NCBI GenBank assembly: GCA_905178155.1
Contig: CAJINV010000003.1
Span: forward strand, 8,189,117-8,253,116
DNA length: 64,000 nucleotides
Source of the DNA: Amoebophrya sp. A120
Taxonomy: Eukaryota > Protista > Dinoflagellata
Reading direction: 5' to 3'
Shown here: positions 13,217 through 25,380 of the stretch, one piece after another
How the letters are laid out: every line of letters starts with the position of its first letter
Numbering within the stretch: position 1 is the stretch's first letter
Position numbers and translations under genes: made by a program
Notes under the pieces: model-generated
Told to the model about the DNA's origin: nothing
Databases searched by the model: none
Seen by the model: only the letters and a program-made list of their open reading frames with translations

Positions 13217-16200
13217 ATGTCAGTGCAGGTGTCCGGCAATGCGCTGCTCGCCGCGAAGCGGATGGGAGTGTTGGGTGGCAGTACGCGAAGCAGCAAGGCG
13301 GCGACCGGAGCCGCGTCGGCACCGAGTGCTCAGCCAGAGCATGCCGAAGTAGTAGGAGAGGAACACCACGAGCCGGAGGTGCACGCCGAGATGTACGTGG
13401 ACGAAGCTTTTCGGTTCGCAGGCCCCAGTATCACACAGAAAAGAGGTAGCCAATTACGGTCGCATTGTTGATGCGCAATAAAACCTGAGAGTAAAGACAA
13501 ACAGATAAGGTTCGTTCTGTAAGAAAGTAGAACTAGAAGTACATCGAAGTAGAGTGCTGTGCAGCATTTCAAGTCGAAGATGTTTTTCAACGCATCGGCA
13601 TCCGAATCCGTGTCGTGCTACTGTTTATTTTCTGTGTGATACCCGGCACCAAGAAGCTTGCCAACGCGAAAAACATGTTTCGGCAACGGTGCTGGTTGCT
13701 GGCCTTCAAGTGCATGAAGCAAAAGTGGAAACTCGAGAAGGACGAGTTTCGCATCTCGGAGCAGTACGACACGATCAAGGAGCTGAAGCGGCAGAATTTT
13801 CTGACGAAGACGGAGGCGGATGCGCGGGTCGCGGACTACAAGAGCCAGATGCTGGTGGTTCGGGAGAACGAGAAGAAGGTGAACGAGGAGATGGCGCGGT
13901 TGCAGGAGCGCACGCTGCAGCTGGAGCAGATGCTGCAGGCGACCAACGACGCGCGGAACGCGCGCGAGACCGAGCTGGGCATGATGCAGTCGTCCATGGA
14001 CTCCCTGCTAAAGGACGCGAAGGAGGCGGTGCGGTTCGAGTTCCGGGAGCGGGAGAAGCAGATCGCGGAGGAGAACATGCACCAGCAGGAGATTCTGCGC
14101 AAGGAGGCGCTGGGCTACAAAAACAAGATCGTGGAGGTCGAGCGGGTCATGCGCAGCCGGCTGCAGGAAGAGCGGCTCAAGCTGGCGGAACAACTGCTGC
14201 AGGAACGCAAACTGAAGATCAAGGAGCGCATGCAGCGGATGACCATGGCTTTCCACATGGAGGGAAAGGATGCCGCGCACGATAAAGCTATGGCAGACGC
14301 GAAGGCGGAGAAGGATAAGGAGGTAGCTGCCGCGAAGGCGGCTGGCGGGGGCGGAAAGAAGGAGAAGAAAAAGCTGCAGAAGCAGGAACTCAAGGAGAGT
14401 CAAGTCAACCAAAATCCGGAGAAAAAAGAGGAAATTAAAGCTGCACCAGCGCCGAAGGGTACTAAGTCATTTTTTTTCGGATACCTTTTTGTTTGAGGAC
14501 CAAAGAAAGCAATGCCGGATATCGTTGATATGCTTTGTATAGTAAAGTCAGTGCGAATTTGATTCAGCATGACGACACGGCAGATCATCATGCTGGGGCA
14601 GATTCAAATCTACCTAGCTAAGTAGTGATGTACCCCAAGAAGTAGAAGAGAGGCACGTCGCGCCACCCAAAATTGCTATTTCTTTTTTTGGTTCTACTTG
14701 TTCTGTGTGCATAATTTGAAATACGAACAACAAGAAAAAACAAAAACAAATCCCACACCTACAGCTGCTCCCTCCGTGGACCAGGTGCCAGCGCCGGCTG
14801 CGACACTGGCCGAAGAGATTGCGCCACGGTTGACCGAGGAGGACATCCGCCACGCGATCGACGCGTGCGAGGAGCGTTTCGAGCTGGAACGGCAGAAGTG
14901 GCAGGACGAGCGCGCGGAGCTGCGGCTGATGTACGAGCAAAAGGCGCTGCTGCACGCGCAGCAGCAGTGCGACAAGGTGGCCCGCTACAACGAGCTGGCG
15001 GAGCGCAACCGGGAGCTGGAACGGTTGGTGGTGCGGTTCAAGGAAATCGAGCGGCTGCACATCATATGCATTGCAAAAATGTCTGGGTCTGGAAGAATGC
15101 ATGATTTGTCATGCATATTTCTCATGACCTTGACCCATGATGCCTGTAATGCTTGGTCTAGCATCGCAGACTTTTAGAGGGCTTCCTGATGCACCTTCCG
15201 CATGAGAAATGCCCTGTCCGTGTAGCAAAAACTGTGCCCGTCTTGCTGGTCACGCAATACAAATTTTTTTCGAGTCCAAAAACAGCATGACAAGTTGCAA
15301 TCTTCCAGACCCAGACATTTTTGCAATCCATACATCAAGCAGACCCAGAGCGAGAAAAACCAGCGGCTGCACACCCTGCACCGCGTCACGCGGATGGCGC
15401 AACTGGCGCGCGAGGAGAACCTCGGCCCACTGGAGGAAATCAAGGACGTGAAGGACCTCCGGGCGCGGGCGGAGGCGGTGGTGAAGCTAAAGGCCCTGGA
15501 GGACCCGACCCACCGCATCGCCCGGTTGATCGCCGGCGAGAAACGGATGCGGCATCCCACGCTGAACCCCACGCTCCTGGAGGCCCCGAAGACTATCAAA
15601 TGCAAAAATGTCTGGGTCTGGAACATTCTAAACTTGTGATGCTGTCTGTGGATTCTGAAAAAATTTGTATTGCATGAACAGCAAGAGGACTCCAGTTTGT
15701 GCTACGCGGAGAGGGCGTTTCTCATGCGGTAGAGGTATCAGAGAGCGCTCTAAAAATCTGTGATGCTACGGCATGCATCACAGACGTCATGGGTCATGGA
15801 AAATATGCATGACAAGTCTAGAAATCTTCCAGACCCAGACATTTTTACATTTGATAAAGACGGAGACGGAGCAACTGTGGGAGCTGTTCGGGTCGCTCCG
15901 CGAACTCGACCAATCGGCCGCGGACCTGCAGCACACGCCGCAGCGGGGCGCGTTTTTGGAGCCGGACCCGCCGGTGTACACCCCGGACTACGCCTTCGAA
16001 AAGCTCTACACCAAGTTCCCCCACAACCTGCCCGACATCGACGAATACAACACCGCGGTCAGCAAGCTCCGTCGCGCCAAAGACAAAATCGCCACCATGA
16101 ACCTGTTCGGCGGGGGCTCCTCGAGCCTGGCGGCAGGCGCCGGGGGCGAACAGGATAGTAGTACAACCGGGGCAGGCCCGAACGAAGTCGCCGCTCCTCC

Positions 16201-16306
16201 GACCGCAGGAACTTCCCTTCCTGCACTCCCGGAGCTTGTCAGTGAGGCCGCAGGAGAAGTTGTAGCGCCACCAGTAGACTCGGTTCCGCCCGCGGAGGCG
16301 GAGTAA
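13217..16306 (+). CDS. Coiled-coil hypothetical protein, 5 exons
   Basis: GT-AG introns 13446-13564 and 14459-14764 join ORFs in frame. Removing the introners at 15065 and 15594 gives ...ERLHIKQTQSEK... and ...EAPKTETEQLW.... E/K/Q/R-rich heptads. Confidence 0.8.
15065..15332. mobile_element. TIR introner, family A (268 bp), TSD CATCA
   Basis: Left TATGCATTGCAAAAATGTCTGGGTCTGGAAGA, right TCTTCCAGACCCAGACATTTTTGCAATCCATA; CATCA on both flanks; excision restores frame. Confidence 0.92.
15594..15856. mobile_element. TIR introner, family A, inverted orientation (263 bp), TSD AAGAC
   Basis: TATCAAATGCAAAAATGTCTGGGTCTGGAA...TTCCAGACCCAGACATTTTTACATTTGATA; interior resembles the reverse complement of the 15065 and 20099 copies. 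Confidence 0.92.
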
Positions 16307-17209
16307 GTAGCAGCTGTGGTCATGATCCTTCATCTGGATGGATTGAAAATCAAAAATTCGAACCGGAGGTGGAAATGAACGGGCACTAGGTCACATTTTT
16401 TACCATAATGTACAATAATGCTTTGCAGCAGCAGTGGGCTTCTTGAAGATAGCGTTCAAATGTATGGTGTCAAGGCGAGTAATTTGCCGTAAAGTTGTGT
16501 ACAAAATGGAAATTCTCTCGCTCGTTTCGATCGATTTACCAATAGTAATAGGCGCTTCATTTTTCCGATACAATCTCCGGCAAAGGCGAAAATAATCAAA
16601 GTGCTCTTTGTATCATGCGAAAAGTACTGGTGCTAATCCTAGTTTTTGTTCTCCTTGATGTTGATGTATTTTAGCGTTGTACACGACCACGCTAGTTGTT
16701 GGTGGCCATCGGGGGATTTACCGAATGGCATGCAACTTTTTGTAAAATCTATTATTGCCCTTTTTGAAGAAGTTGCACTAGCAGCGCGCGAAATGAATCA
16801 AACGTTTGCAGTGAGCCTTTTTTTTTTCGACAAATGACAGAAACTGTCCTGTGTTCGTGATGCCTGAAATGGAAGAAGGACGACAAATCGCAAGGATACA
16901 GGAAAATGATCAACATGCGCAAGCTCTTCCGAAAATAGATGATGGCCATGGTCTTGTCGTGCAGCCGTATGTAAAAGTCGAAGGGATCGGTTTTAGAGGT
17001 GCTTGATTTAGTTTTTTTGATCACCACAGCGCAAAAAAGCCGTTCTTCTTTCCGATATATCGACGAGTGACAAAAAGAGGGAAAGATTTTATTGTTTTGC
17101 CGTTCCTGTATAAATGGTTTTGTGAGGTAGCTGAGTCTCTCCGCACTACTGAAACGACCCATCCCGACTCCAAAAGATCCTGAAAAAACAAACACGGGGA
17201 ACCAGCACC

Positions 17210-18314
17210 ATGGCCGACGCTTCAGAAAAATTGAGCACCACGTTGCCCGCGTCCCGGTTCTACAGCAGCGTCGACCTCGCGGGGAAAACCGTTTTGGTCA
17301 CGGGCGCGACTGCAGGCATCGGGGAGGCGATTGCCTGCCGCTTTGCCGAGCTCGATGTGCGGCTCGTGCTCGTGGGCCGCCGCGCCGAGCGGCTGGAGAG
17401 TCTGAAGGCGCGACTGTTGCCTTTCTACAAGCAGACTGTGATTGCCGAGGAAGCGGACCGAGTAATCTGCTACCCCCTTGACGTGACCGACAAGTCGGGT
17501 GTGGAAAAGTTAGCGGAAACCATCGGGTTTGTGGACGTTTTGGTGAACAACGCTGGCCTCGCGCTCGGGACCGCGACCGCAGATGAAACGCCTTACGAAG
17601 ACACCGCGCAGATGTTCGCGACCAACGTGCTCGCGTGCGCACACTTGACCCAGGTTTTCGGCTCCAAAATGAGGAAGCAGCAGACGGGGCACCTGGTCTT
17701 CATCTCCTCCGTCGCGGCAAAGGACTACTACGAGGGAGGCGCAGTGTAAAAATTTGAATGACACAGGAAAAGGGATTGTGATTTTAGTATATTTAAGTAG
17801 GTCAATGCCTGCTCCTCCAGAAAGCACAAAAGACAGGCTAGCTCCTAGATACCAATCATAACGCTCCATCTCCAAGCTCCAAATCGTTTTGTTTCCTGAG
17901 AAACAGGGCTGGACGACACGAACACGATAGTGCCGGTAAAGAAAAATTTACAGCTGCTCTCCACTTTCTTATCGGTACTATCACAGGTATTGTGCCACCA
18001 AGGCTGCGATCCGGCAGTACGCCGATGCGTTGCGCTGCGACGTGGTGGGCACACCGCTGCGCGTGACCACTATCTCGCCTGGGTTGTGCGAGACGGAATT
18101 CTCTCAGGTGCGGTTCAAGGGGGACACTGGTAAGGCGGGGACGGTTTACGCGAACATTTTACCATTGCTCCCCGCGGACATCGCGGATAACGTGGTGTAT
18201 GCGTGCACACGACCCAGCCACGTCCAGATCTCGGATCTGACAGCTTACTGTACCAACCAGGGACACGCGAAATATGTCGTCTCCCGGTGTGGTGACAGCT
18301 TGGGGGCGAAGTAG
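17210..18314 (+). CDS. Short-chain dehydrogenase/reductase, YdfG/YMR226C-like NADP-dependent 3-hydroxy acid dehydrogenase
   Basis: TGATAGIG (TGxxxGIG), LVNNAGLALG, ISSVA. GT-AG intron 17746-17986 yields YEGGAVYCATK (YxxxK); then LRVTTISPGLCETEFSQVRFKGD and DIADNVVYACTRPSHV. Confidence 0.93.
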
Positions 18315-19358
18315 TGTTGAAACTATGAAAGAATCGACGCTGCTGAGAAGGGCCAGCCTCGGGGTCGGGTCGCCTTTGCTACGCGAAACGACCACCGCCG
18401 GTATCGGTGTTGACGGATTTTGAAGGCTGGAGTTGCCAATGCGCAATCTATTTTTCTCACTTTGTCTCCACTGCTTCGGCAGACATTTTCCACATTTTCC
18501 TTTCCAAGAAATCTGTGCGGGCCAGCACATAGAGATCGATGCGGAAAACCATTTTTAGTCTCGGCTGTCTTGTTTAGCTGCCGTATGTAAGTGCCAATAG
18601 ATTGTACTGTCCATAAATTGAACTACGGGCGCGAGGCTTGTGAGACCGACGACGCGTAGCGCGAGCATGACAAGTGGCCAATGCACGACGCAAGCTCGTA
18701 CACTCACAACTCTTTTGTCACGCGCACTCTAATTTGCGCACGTGTTCTTCATCTTCAGGAATACAAGGAGGCGAAACTCAGGTGACGAGAGGTAGACGAG
18801 ATAGTGCGGTTATTTGCTACAGAACCGGAAGCGCGCACGAGTGTAAGATCATCAAGCAGGAGGCCGAATTTGTCAAGAGGCTGTAGCAGTTTTCTTCCTC
18901 TCGTGCTTAGTGGTTTTGCTGAGTAAAAATTGAAGTTTATCTGCCGTCCTCGCACCCGCACGGAGCATGCGAGAAGCTGAGCCCCCCCCTCCCGTTCCGT
19001 TGGTTTTTGTCTTTGACTCACCTAATGGATGATGCTTTGTGTTTGTATGTTCTAGTTTCTCGGACTCCACTTGTACTGACGTTTTTGTTTTTCATTCTTT
19101 AGTTGTTTTTGGCTCTGTCTTTGGCAGTAGCTTCGACCTCGGAAATATAATAATGAATCGTAACCAGCAGGACCAGCCCATCCCCATCATATCTATTACC
19201 GGGACGCCTCTACTAGCTGCATCAGCGCTTCACGCTGCGCATTTCCGACACTGTGCGTGTTTTTCTGGGTGCTTCGCCTGTTAACTTGCTTTGTGCCCTA
19301 CACGGTATACCTGCGAAACCTCTACTGCAGATAAGTACCACCTTCACCCTGAGCTGCC

Positions 19359-20433
19359 ATGATGCAAGCCTTGTACGTAGGGGCGCTCGAGGTGCGCGCG
19401 CAGCTGAGGCATCGGCTCATGGCACCTATGTACGCAAGTTTTCAGGCTGCTTCGACTTTGAGCCCCTCGCCCGGCAAATCGCCGTCCTGGAGCAGCGGGA
19501 GTTCCGCTCCTCAGGCAGGCCAAGATCATCTTCACGCCAGTAGTCGAGGTACCGCCTCTTCTACGTCGCTGCAGAACAAAATTCCCAACTTGGACGAATT
19601 TCTTGCGGGGGCCCGGCAGGCGTTCATCCACGTCAACACGAACTTGGTGCAACTACAAGGGGGGGAAATCGCAACGCTTGAACCCTGCTTCACGCCCTCT
19701 TTCTGGGAACAAATCAAACACGTCGGTACTTCTCGTTTTACGGCCTTCGTCAGGTGATCTCGTCCAGCAACGAACGAGCTGGAGAATCAATATAAAGCAC
19801 TCGTCATTTTTAAGTTTACAGTAGGCCGGCGCCGGAAAGTGGTGATTTGCATTTTTGCTGGCCACCCACCGTACTATCGAATAAATAGGTGACCACCTCG
19901 ATCAAGACCGGGCCGAGCATGGGGAGTCTTACCGGCTTCAGTTCAAGCAGGTGACGCCGTACCTGAATGAAGTTATCTACAACGAGGAAGAGAAGAAGCT
20001 GTTCGTGGAAGTGGAGTACTTTTCGCGGTATTCGTTTCAATTTGAAGGTCCAGACAGTGCCGACGAGACGCGGTTTAACACCGTGCTGTTCGAGATGGTA
20101 TCAAATGCAAAAATGCCTGGGTCTGGAAAATTCTGAGACTTGTCATGCACGGTTTGCATGACCCATGATGTCTGTGATGCATGCCCTAGCATCACAGGTT
20201 TTTTGAGGGATTCTTGATGCGTATTCCGCATGACAAATGCCCTCTCCGCGTAGCAAAAATTAAAATCCTTTTGCTGCTCATGCAACACAAATTTTTTAGA
20301 CATCCAAATGCAGCATCACAAGTTGCATTCTTCCAGACCCAGACATTTTTGCATTTGATAGATGGAGCTCAGCGACAATCCGACTGACGGCAACGCGGAA
20401 GGCCCGGCATTCCGCATAGCAAGGAGCGAATAG
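19359..20433 (+). CDS. Tim44-like domain protein (MAIP1/Mba1-like); 5' end uncertain
   Basis: DEFLAGARQAFIHV...GEIATLEPCFTP resembles the Tim44-domain helix. GT-AG intron 19726-19888. Removing the introner at 20099 gives VLFEMELSDNP...FRIARSE-stop. Confidence 0.65.
20099..20360. mobile_element. TIR introner, family A (262 bp), TSD GATGG
   Basis: TATCAAATGCAAAAATGCCTGGGTCTGGAA...TTCCAGACCCAGACATTTTTGCATTTGATA; the flanks make it G|TAT...ATA|G (GT-AG). Confidence 0.93.
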
Positions 20434-22367
20434 AAGCTTCTGCGACTGCTACGCATGCAGTAATATTTTTAAAAGTCGAACAGGCTGTTCATCTTTTTCC
20501 TGTAAGATAAGTACGTACTTTGTACGTCGACGTCGTTGCAATTTGTGCGTATCTCACGTCGGTCAATGTTGCGCGCTAAGCGTCTCCGTTGCAGCAGTTT
20601 GTTTCGCCGCATCTGAACAATGGTACTTGAAGTAGGCTTTCGGGTGAGTACTATTCGTCTCCATGATGATCGAGGATCTTCATCTTTAGGTGTACAATAC
20701 CATTATGGCCCTGCTCATCATGATGATGAAGCGCTTTGTCGCTCCATCAAAACTCCTGCTGGGGGAGAAGAAATATCGCTGTACCACCAGTTACAGTTTC
20801 AACGACATCTGCGCACGCGGCGAGAAGAGCGCGTCTCCCGCAATTTACGGAGACGCCTGCTCTGGTCGTGGAGGTCTCGCTGATTCCAATTTTTTTCTTT
20901 GTAAGATTTGCATTTTCTGATGCATTCGCATTTGTTTTCTCGAGGTCGTCGTCATGCTCGACCAGACCCAGAGAGTGCCAGATCAAAGAGAACCAGGTAA
21001 ATGGTGGTATTCGTTGAAAGACCAAAATGCTATCAAGTTGTTTTGTACCTCTATCAAAAAATCATGTTGTGTCAATGAATGATGTTTCGACAACACAGTG
21101 AACAAACGCCTGATGAATGATAAGCATCCCAAAATTTTGATGTCTTCCTTTCTCCCGAAGCATTCTCTCCCGGTACAGATGCACGGGGGATCATGCTCGG
21201 GGTAAAGAACGCAAATATGACCTTACAATATGCTTGTACAACTTGTCATAGTGCGCACAGTTATATTTGAATGTGAATGATAATCTATCTCTGCGCACCA
21301 GAGTGCGCAGATTAGCATGCAAGTATGCACCGTCGTGCATGAAGAGATCTGTGTCAACCGTTCATCCGTGAACGTTTTTCAGTTGCGGTAGCTAGCTGGT
21401 CAACTTTAGCGATCACAGCAGTTGCCCCTCTTGTATGTGTACGCTGCGTTGTTCTACTGCGTAAGTACGCCATCGACGGCCACGGCTGTCGTTGTACGTC
21501 TTTTGCATTTTACTTTTCGTGGTCATTTGACTTTTTCTTTTTCACAGCCGCAGCACCAGCAGCTTCTTTCAGCTCCGCCTTTTTATATACTACGAGCAGT
21601 GATGGATCGTGTTTCCACAGCTTTGGTCGTGCGTTCCAGTAACAGCAGGAGATCATTTTGATTTTTCTTCTTGATGGTCATTTTATTTTTTTCGAACTTT
21701 TTGTCGCGCTCCTAGAGTTTTTTTGGTTCTTCCGAGCCAGGAGCCGTCTATTCGATCGATTGAGGAGCAAAATTTTTGTGCATGAAAACAATTATTGAAA
21801 TGTGAGGACGACGACGACGCCTTCCTCGGTGCATGTTATTCAGCACGTCTCAGGCAAGATTTTTTTAGTTTTCGAACATAAAAAGTAAAAGTAGTCGATT
21901 ATATTCCAAGGTCTACAAGGAGGTGATGTTGCCGTATTGACAAAGACTTCGTGTTTCTGTGTTTCCGAAAATAAACATGCAGCGCAACGGTGCAGTCATT
22001 GCGTCCTTGCAGACTTCCGCAGATCGGGGGCATTTGTCTACCGGTATGGTGCCGCAAGCGACAGCGAGAAGTCTACCAGTGTTTCGCTTTGCTTTTACCA
22101 CAGTGCTGCTTGGTCTGAGCTGCTCTTTTTTGCAACTCTGCGCAGGGGCACCTCTGATCCAGCACCCGCAAAGCCGGAAAAACACTGACGGTTTGGTTCG
22201 TTTGCTGCTTTAGTACTTGATTTAGGCTACACGTACAACTTACATAATATTGGCGCAGTGACTCTGTTATATATATGAAAATGAATGAGTCTGTGTGCAG
22301 TTTCTGAGTATGAGCATGAGATTACTCCTCGTCACCACGCTGGAGCGAGCCACAATGAAGATCGGTT

Positions 22368-25236
22368 ATGTCGAAAAACGTGCACACGACGCACACAGTG
22401 TGGAAAAGAGGCCGAAAAATGTATGAAACAATACTTGCAGGAGACACGGATTCGCTATTTGACGACCGGAGCGATAGCGATTCCGAGTATATCAAGCCAC
22501 CGTGCCGCGTGGCCCGAAATGGTGCGGCCTCTATGGAGCTGGATCCGCCGTTTGTATATTTTCTTATTTGAATGTTAGCATTTTTCTTCACGTTTGCAGG
22601 TAGGATTTCGTAGCGGGTAGACACCGACTTTGTTCGTGTTTTTCGTTTGAACGGTTTCCGCGTGCATCTCTCGCAGGCGTGGCGGTTTTACACGATGTCG
22701 CCGGGCTACAACGTTCTGGAGGATGCGAAAAGCCAGCACCTGTACTATATGGCCCGCTCAGGTGATGTTACAGGATCCGGAGCCTCTTTTTCTCCCCTTC
22801 AACGAACCCAGTCATTCGCAGGACGTGCATGACGATTTTTCTCACTTCGCTCACCTACAAGTAGTGCTCAGGTTCGACTCCCCTCTGGGATTTTACAGAG
22901 CAATATACAAGGCAAGCGGAGAAGATTTGTGACGCCAAACTGGCCACATCAGGATAGGCCAAGCTCTCCGTCTAGCATGACAGGTTTGGTAGACTGGAGT
23001 CTGGTCCTGTACAGTGTTGGCCCCAAACCTTGTCAAGCGTGTGAGTACGAGGATATCATTTTATGCCACACAAATCTCTGAAGTATTGCACCTGGAAGAT
23101 GAACAGTTGTGATTGTGACACCTGAGCAGGCCATATACTATCTGAGCGAGTTTCCCTCGGCCTACCGCGTCTTCACCAAGCTGCTGCACGGGGTCTCCAC
23201 CTATGCATTGCAAATATGGCAGCGTCTAGAGGAGTCAAAGTGCAGATGTTTGTCATGCAGGTGCTGTCACATGGACATGGTCCAAGGCAGAGCCTACAGC
23301 ACAGAGAGCTGTGCAATGCCTGTTACTCTGCATGAGAAATCCTCTCTCGCCGTGGCGAAAAATAGACCGCTCTTGCCACTCATGGATGACAGATTTTTGT
23401 GTGACGGACGGAGAGCAGCACAAATTTGCTCACTTCCAGAGGACCCGGACATATTTGCGTTTGATACCACCGGGGTGTTCGTGCTGGATAAAAATCGCCT
23501 CAACCAGCTGCACTTGGACGACGCCATGCAGAGCATGGCGGATCTGAGGATCGTGGATCGCGACCTTCCGGCAGCGCCATCTGGTACAACATCCGCACAA
23601 CTGATTGAAACGCACGAAGAGCAGCAGGGCGAACAACGCCAGGATGAAAAGGTTGACAGTACAACTAGCCAGCCAGCTCCAGAGCCGGAGGCGAACGACG
23701 GCCGACAAAAGTCTACTCTGTCGTCCTTGCTTTCCCGCAATATTAAAAGTACTGCCAGCACGACGACCACGCCAAATTCTACTACGCGGGCAGCTTCAGC
23801 ACACCACCGGCGCGATGATGAGGAAGATGTGCTCGGGTACTTGCGCGAGAATTTCATCGCCATTGAGCACTGGCTCCCCGGGTCCGCAAACATCGAGCAA
23901 AAAGTGGAAATGTGGCGCATGTTCCTGAATGCCGCGGTCGGAGCGGACAACAAGTTATCCGCAGCACTCGAACACAACGCGCTCGCGGAGATGCAACAGC
24001 CGAACCATCCGGCTATCCTCGGCTGCTCGGTGGAACAAGTCGAGGAGGCGTCGACCAAAGCCGCCGGCGTTTTTGCGGGCAGATCTACGGCTGTGGCGGC
24101 CGCCACACCACCCGAAGAACAAGAAGAAGCAGAACCAGAAGCGCAGCGCAAGACGGAGAAGGAAGCAGAAGGTAACGAACGGCAGCAAAATGTTGAAACA
24201 GGAGGCACGACCGACGAGGCCGCTGGTCACGTATTCAAGTACACACTTTGGATTGATCCGCGCCGCATGTCTATCCAAGAAAAAAACTGTGTTAGTGTAA
24301 GTCTTTTGGGAAAACAGCATCACAAGTTTGTCTGCCATGACAGGACAAACTTGTTATGCGCAGATACAAAGGGAAAACACGTAGGAAGCGAGCCGGTCAT
24401 GCATGTCGAGCATGACAAGTGTAACTGTTTGGCATTTTCTGCATCACAGATTTACACTTACACAGTTTTTTTTTGCATAATGTCCGACGACGGGTCCGGC
24501 TGCACGACCCGGACGCCCTCCATGCCCAGCCAGGAAAGTTGCGAAGACAATTACGTATGCATCGCAAATGTAAGTGTGATGTCTGCATGCATTGAAAAAA
24601 TACAAAGGTTTTGTGATGAAGCGGATTTCTGCATGATGAATGCAATTGCAAAGGGTTCAAACCCAGCCACGCTCATGCACGAGCATTGCTTCGGTGCGAC
24701 TGCTCCGCTTCGGGCCCTGAGGAAATCTGTTTTAGCCCCCGAAATCGAGTTTGGCACCGCAGTCTGGAAAATCCACATGATAGACGATGATGATGATGAC
24801 AAATTTGTGGTCGAAGGACCATCCCGAGGCTTTTTAAGGCGCAAGCGCAATGAAAATATTAATCGTATGCCCGTGCTTGGATAAGAACACTGGTGCACAC
24901 TCATGCAATTAGAGCCTCAAGGTCAACGTCAAGCCATGCTCACTTTTCAGATGCAGACCCAGAGATACACATTTAGGCATTGCATAGTGCGATGACGACA
25001 ATGACGGCGGATCTAGCAAGCTCTACCTCGGGATGACACCCGATATGTATTACGACGACGACAATTCCACGGCCTGTCAAGTGCCGTCTCGGCAGCAGTC
25101 GGCCACGGACGAGCGGAGCGAGGGTACTAGTACTACATTTGGAACGGCAGCGTGTGCCGCAGCACGACAAGATACGATCATGGACTCGGAAACTGTGGAG
25201 GACGCGGCTGCGAATAACAGTATAATAAATTCATAA
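22368..25236 (+). CDS. Hypothetical protein, multi-exon, interrupted by four introners (ends approximate)
   Basis: Removing the elements at 22748, 23202, 24272 and 24556 gives a continuous frame (SQHLYYLSEFP; GVSTGVFVL; PRRMSDDG; EDNY..DDDNDGG). Confidence 0.65.
22748..23135. mobile_element. TIR introner (388 bp), TSD TACTA
   Basis: TATGGCCCGCTCAGGTG...CACCTGAGCAGGCCATA; TACTA on both sides; frame restored. Confidence 0.88.
23202..23466. mobile_element. TIR introner, diverged family-A-like (265 bp), TSD CCACC
   Basis: TATGCATTGCAAATATG...CATATTTGCGTTTGATA; CCACC on both sides. Confidence 0.87.
24272..24479. mobile_element. TIR introner, family B (208 bp), TSD ATGTC
   Basis: TATCCAAGAAAAAAACTGTGT...ACACAGT-poly(T)-GCATA; near-identical to 59716-59924. 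Confidence 0.93.
24556..24986. mobile_element. Aged introner (431 bp), now bounded as GT-AG intron 24555-24987
   Basis: TATGCA...TGCATA termini, weak TIR, degenerate TSD TTACG/GTGCG; GT-AG removal is in frame. Confidence 0.7.
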
Positions 25237-25380
25237 ATTATCCCACTTTTCTTCCCTGACTTCTCGTAGCAAGGTCGTTTTACTTTATTACCTATCTTAC
25301 TTGATTTGATGAAGCTGCAGGAGTGCAGTGTTACTCCTTGGAGCTCCTGGCTGTCTTGGCTCTAAACGTGTAGCCGGAGC

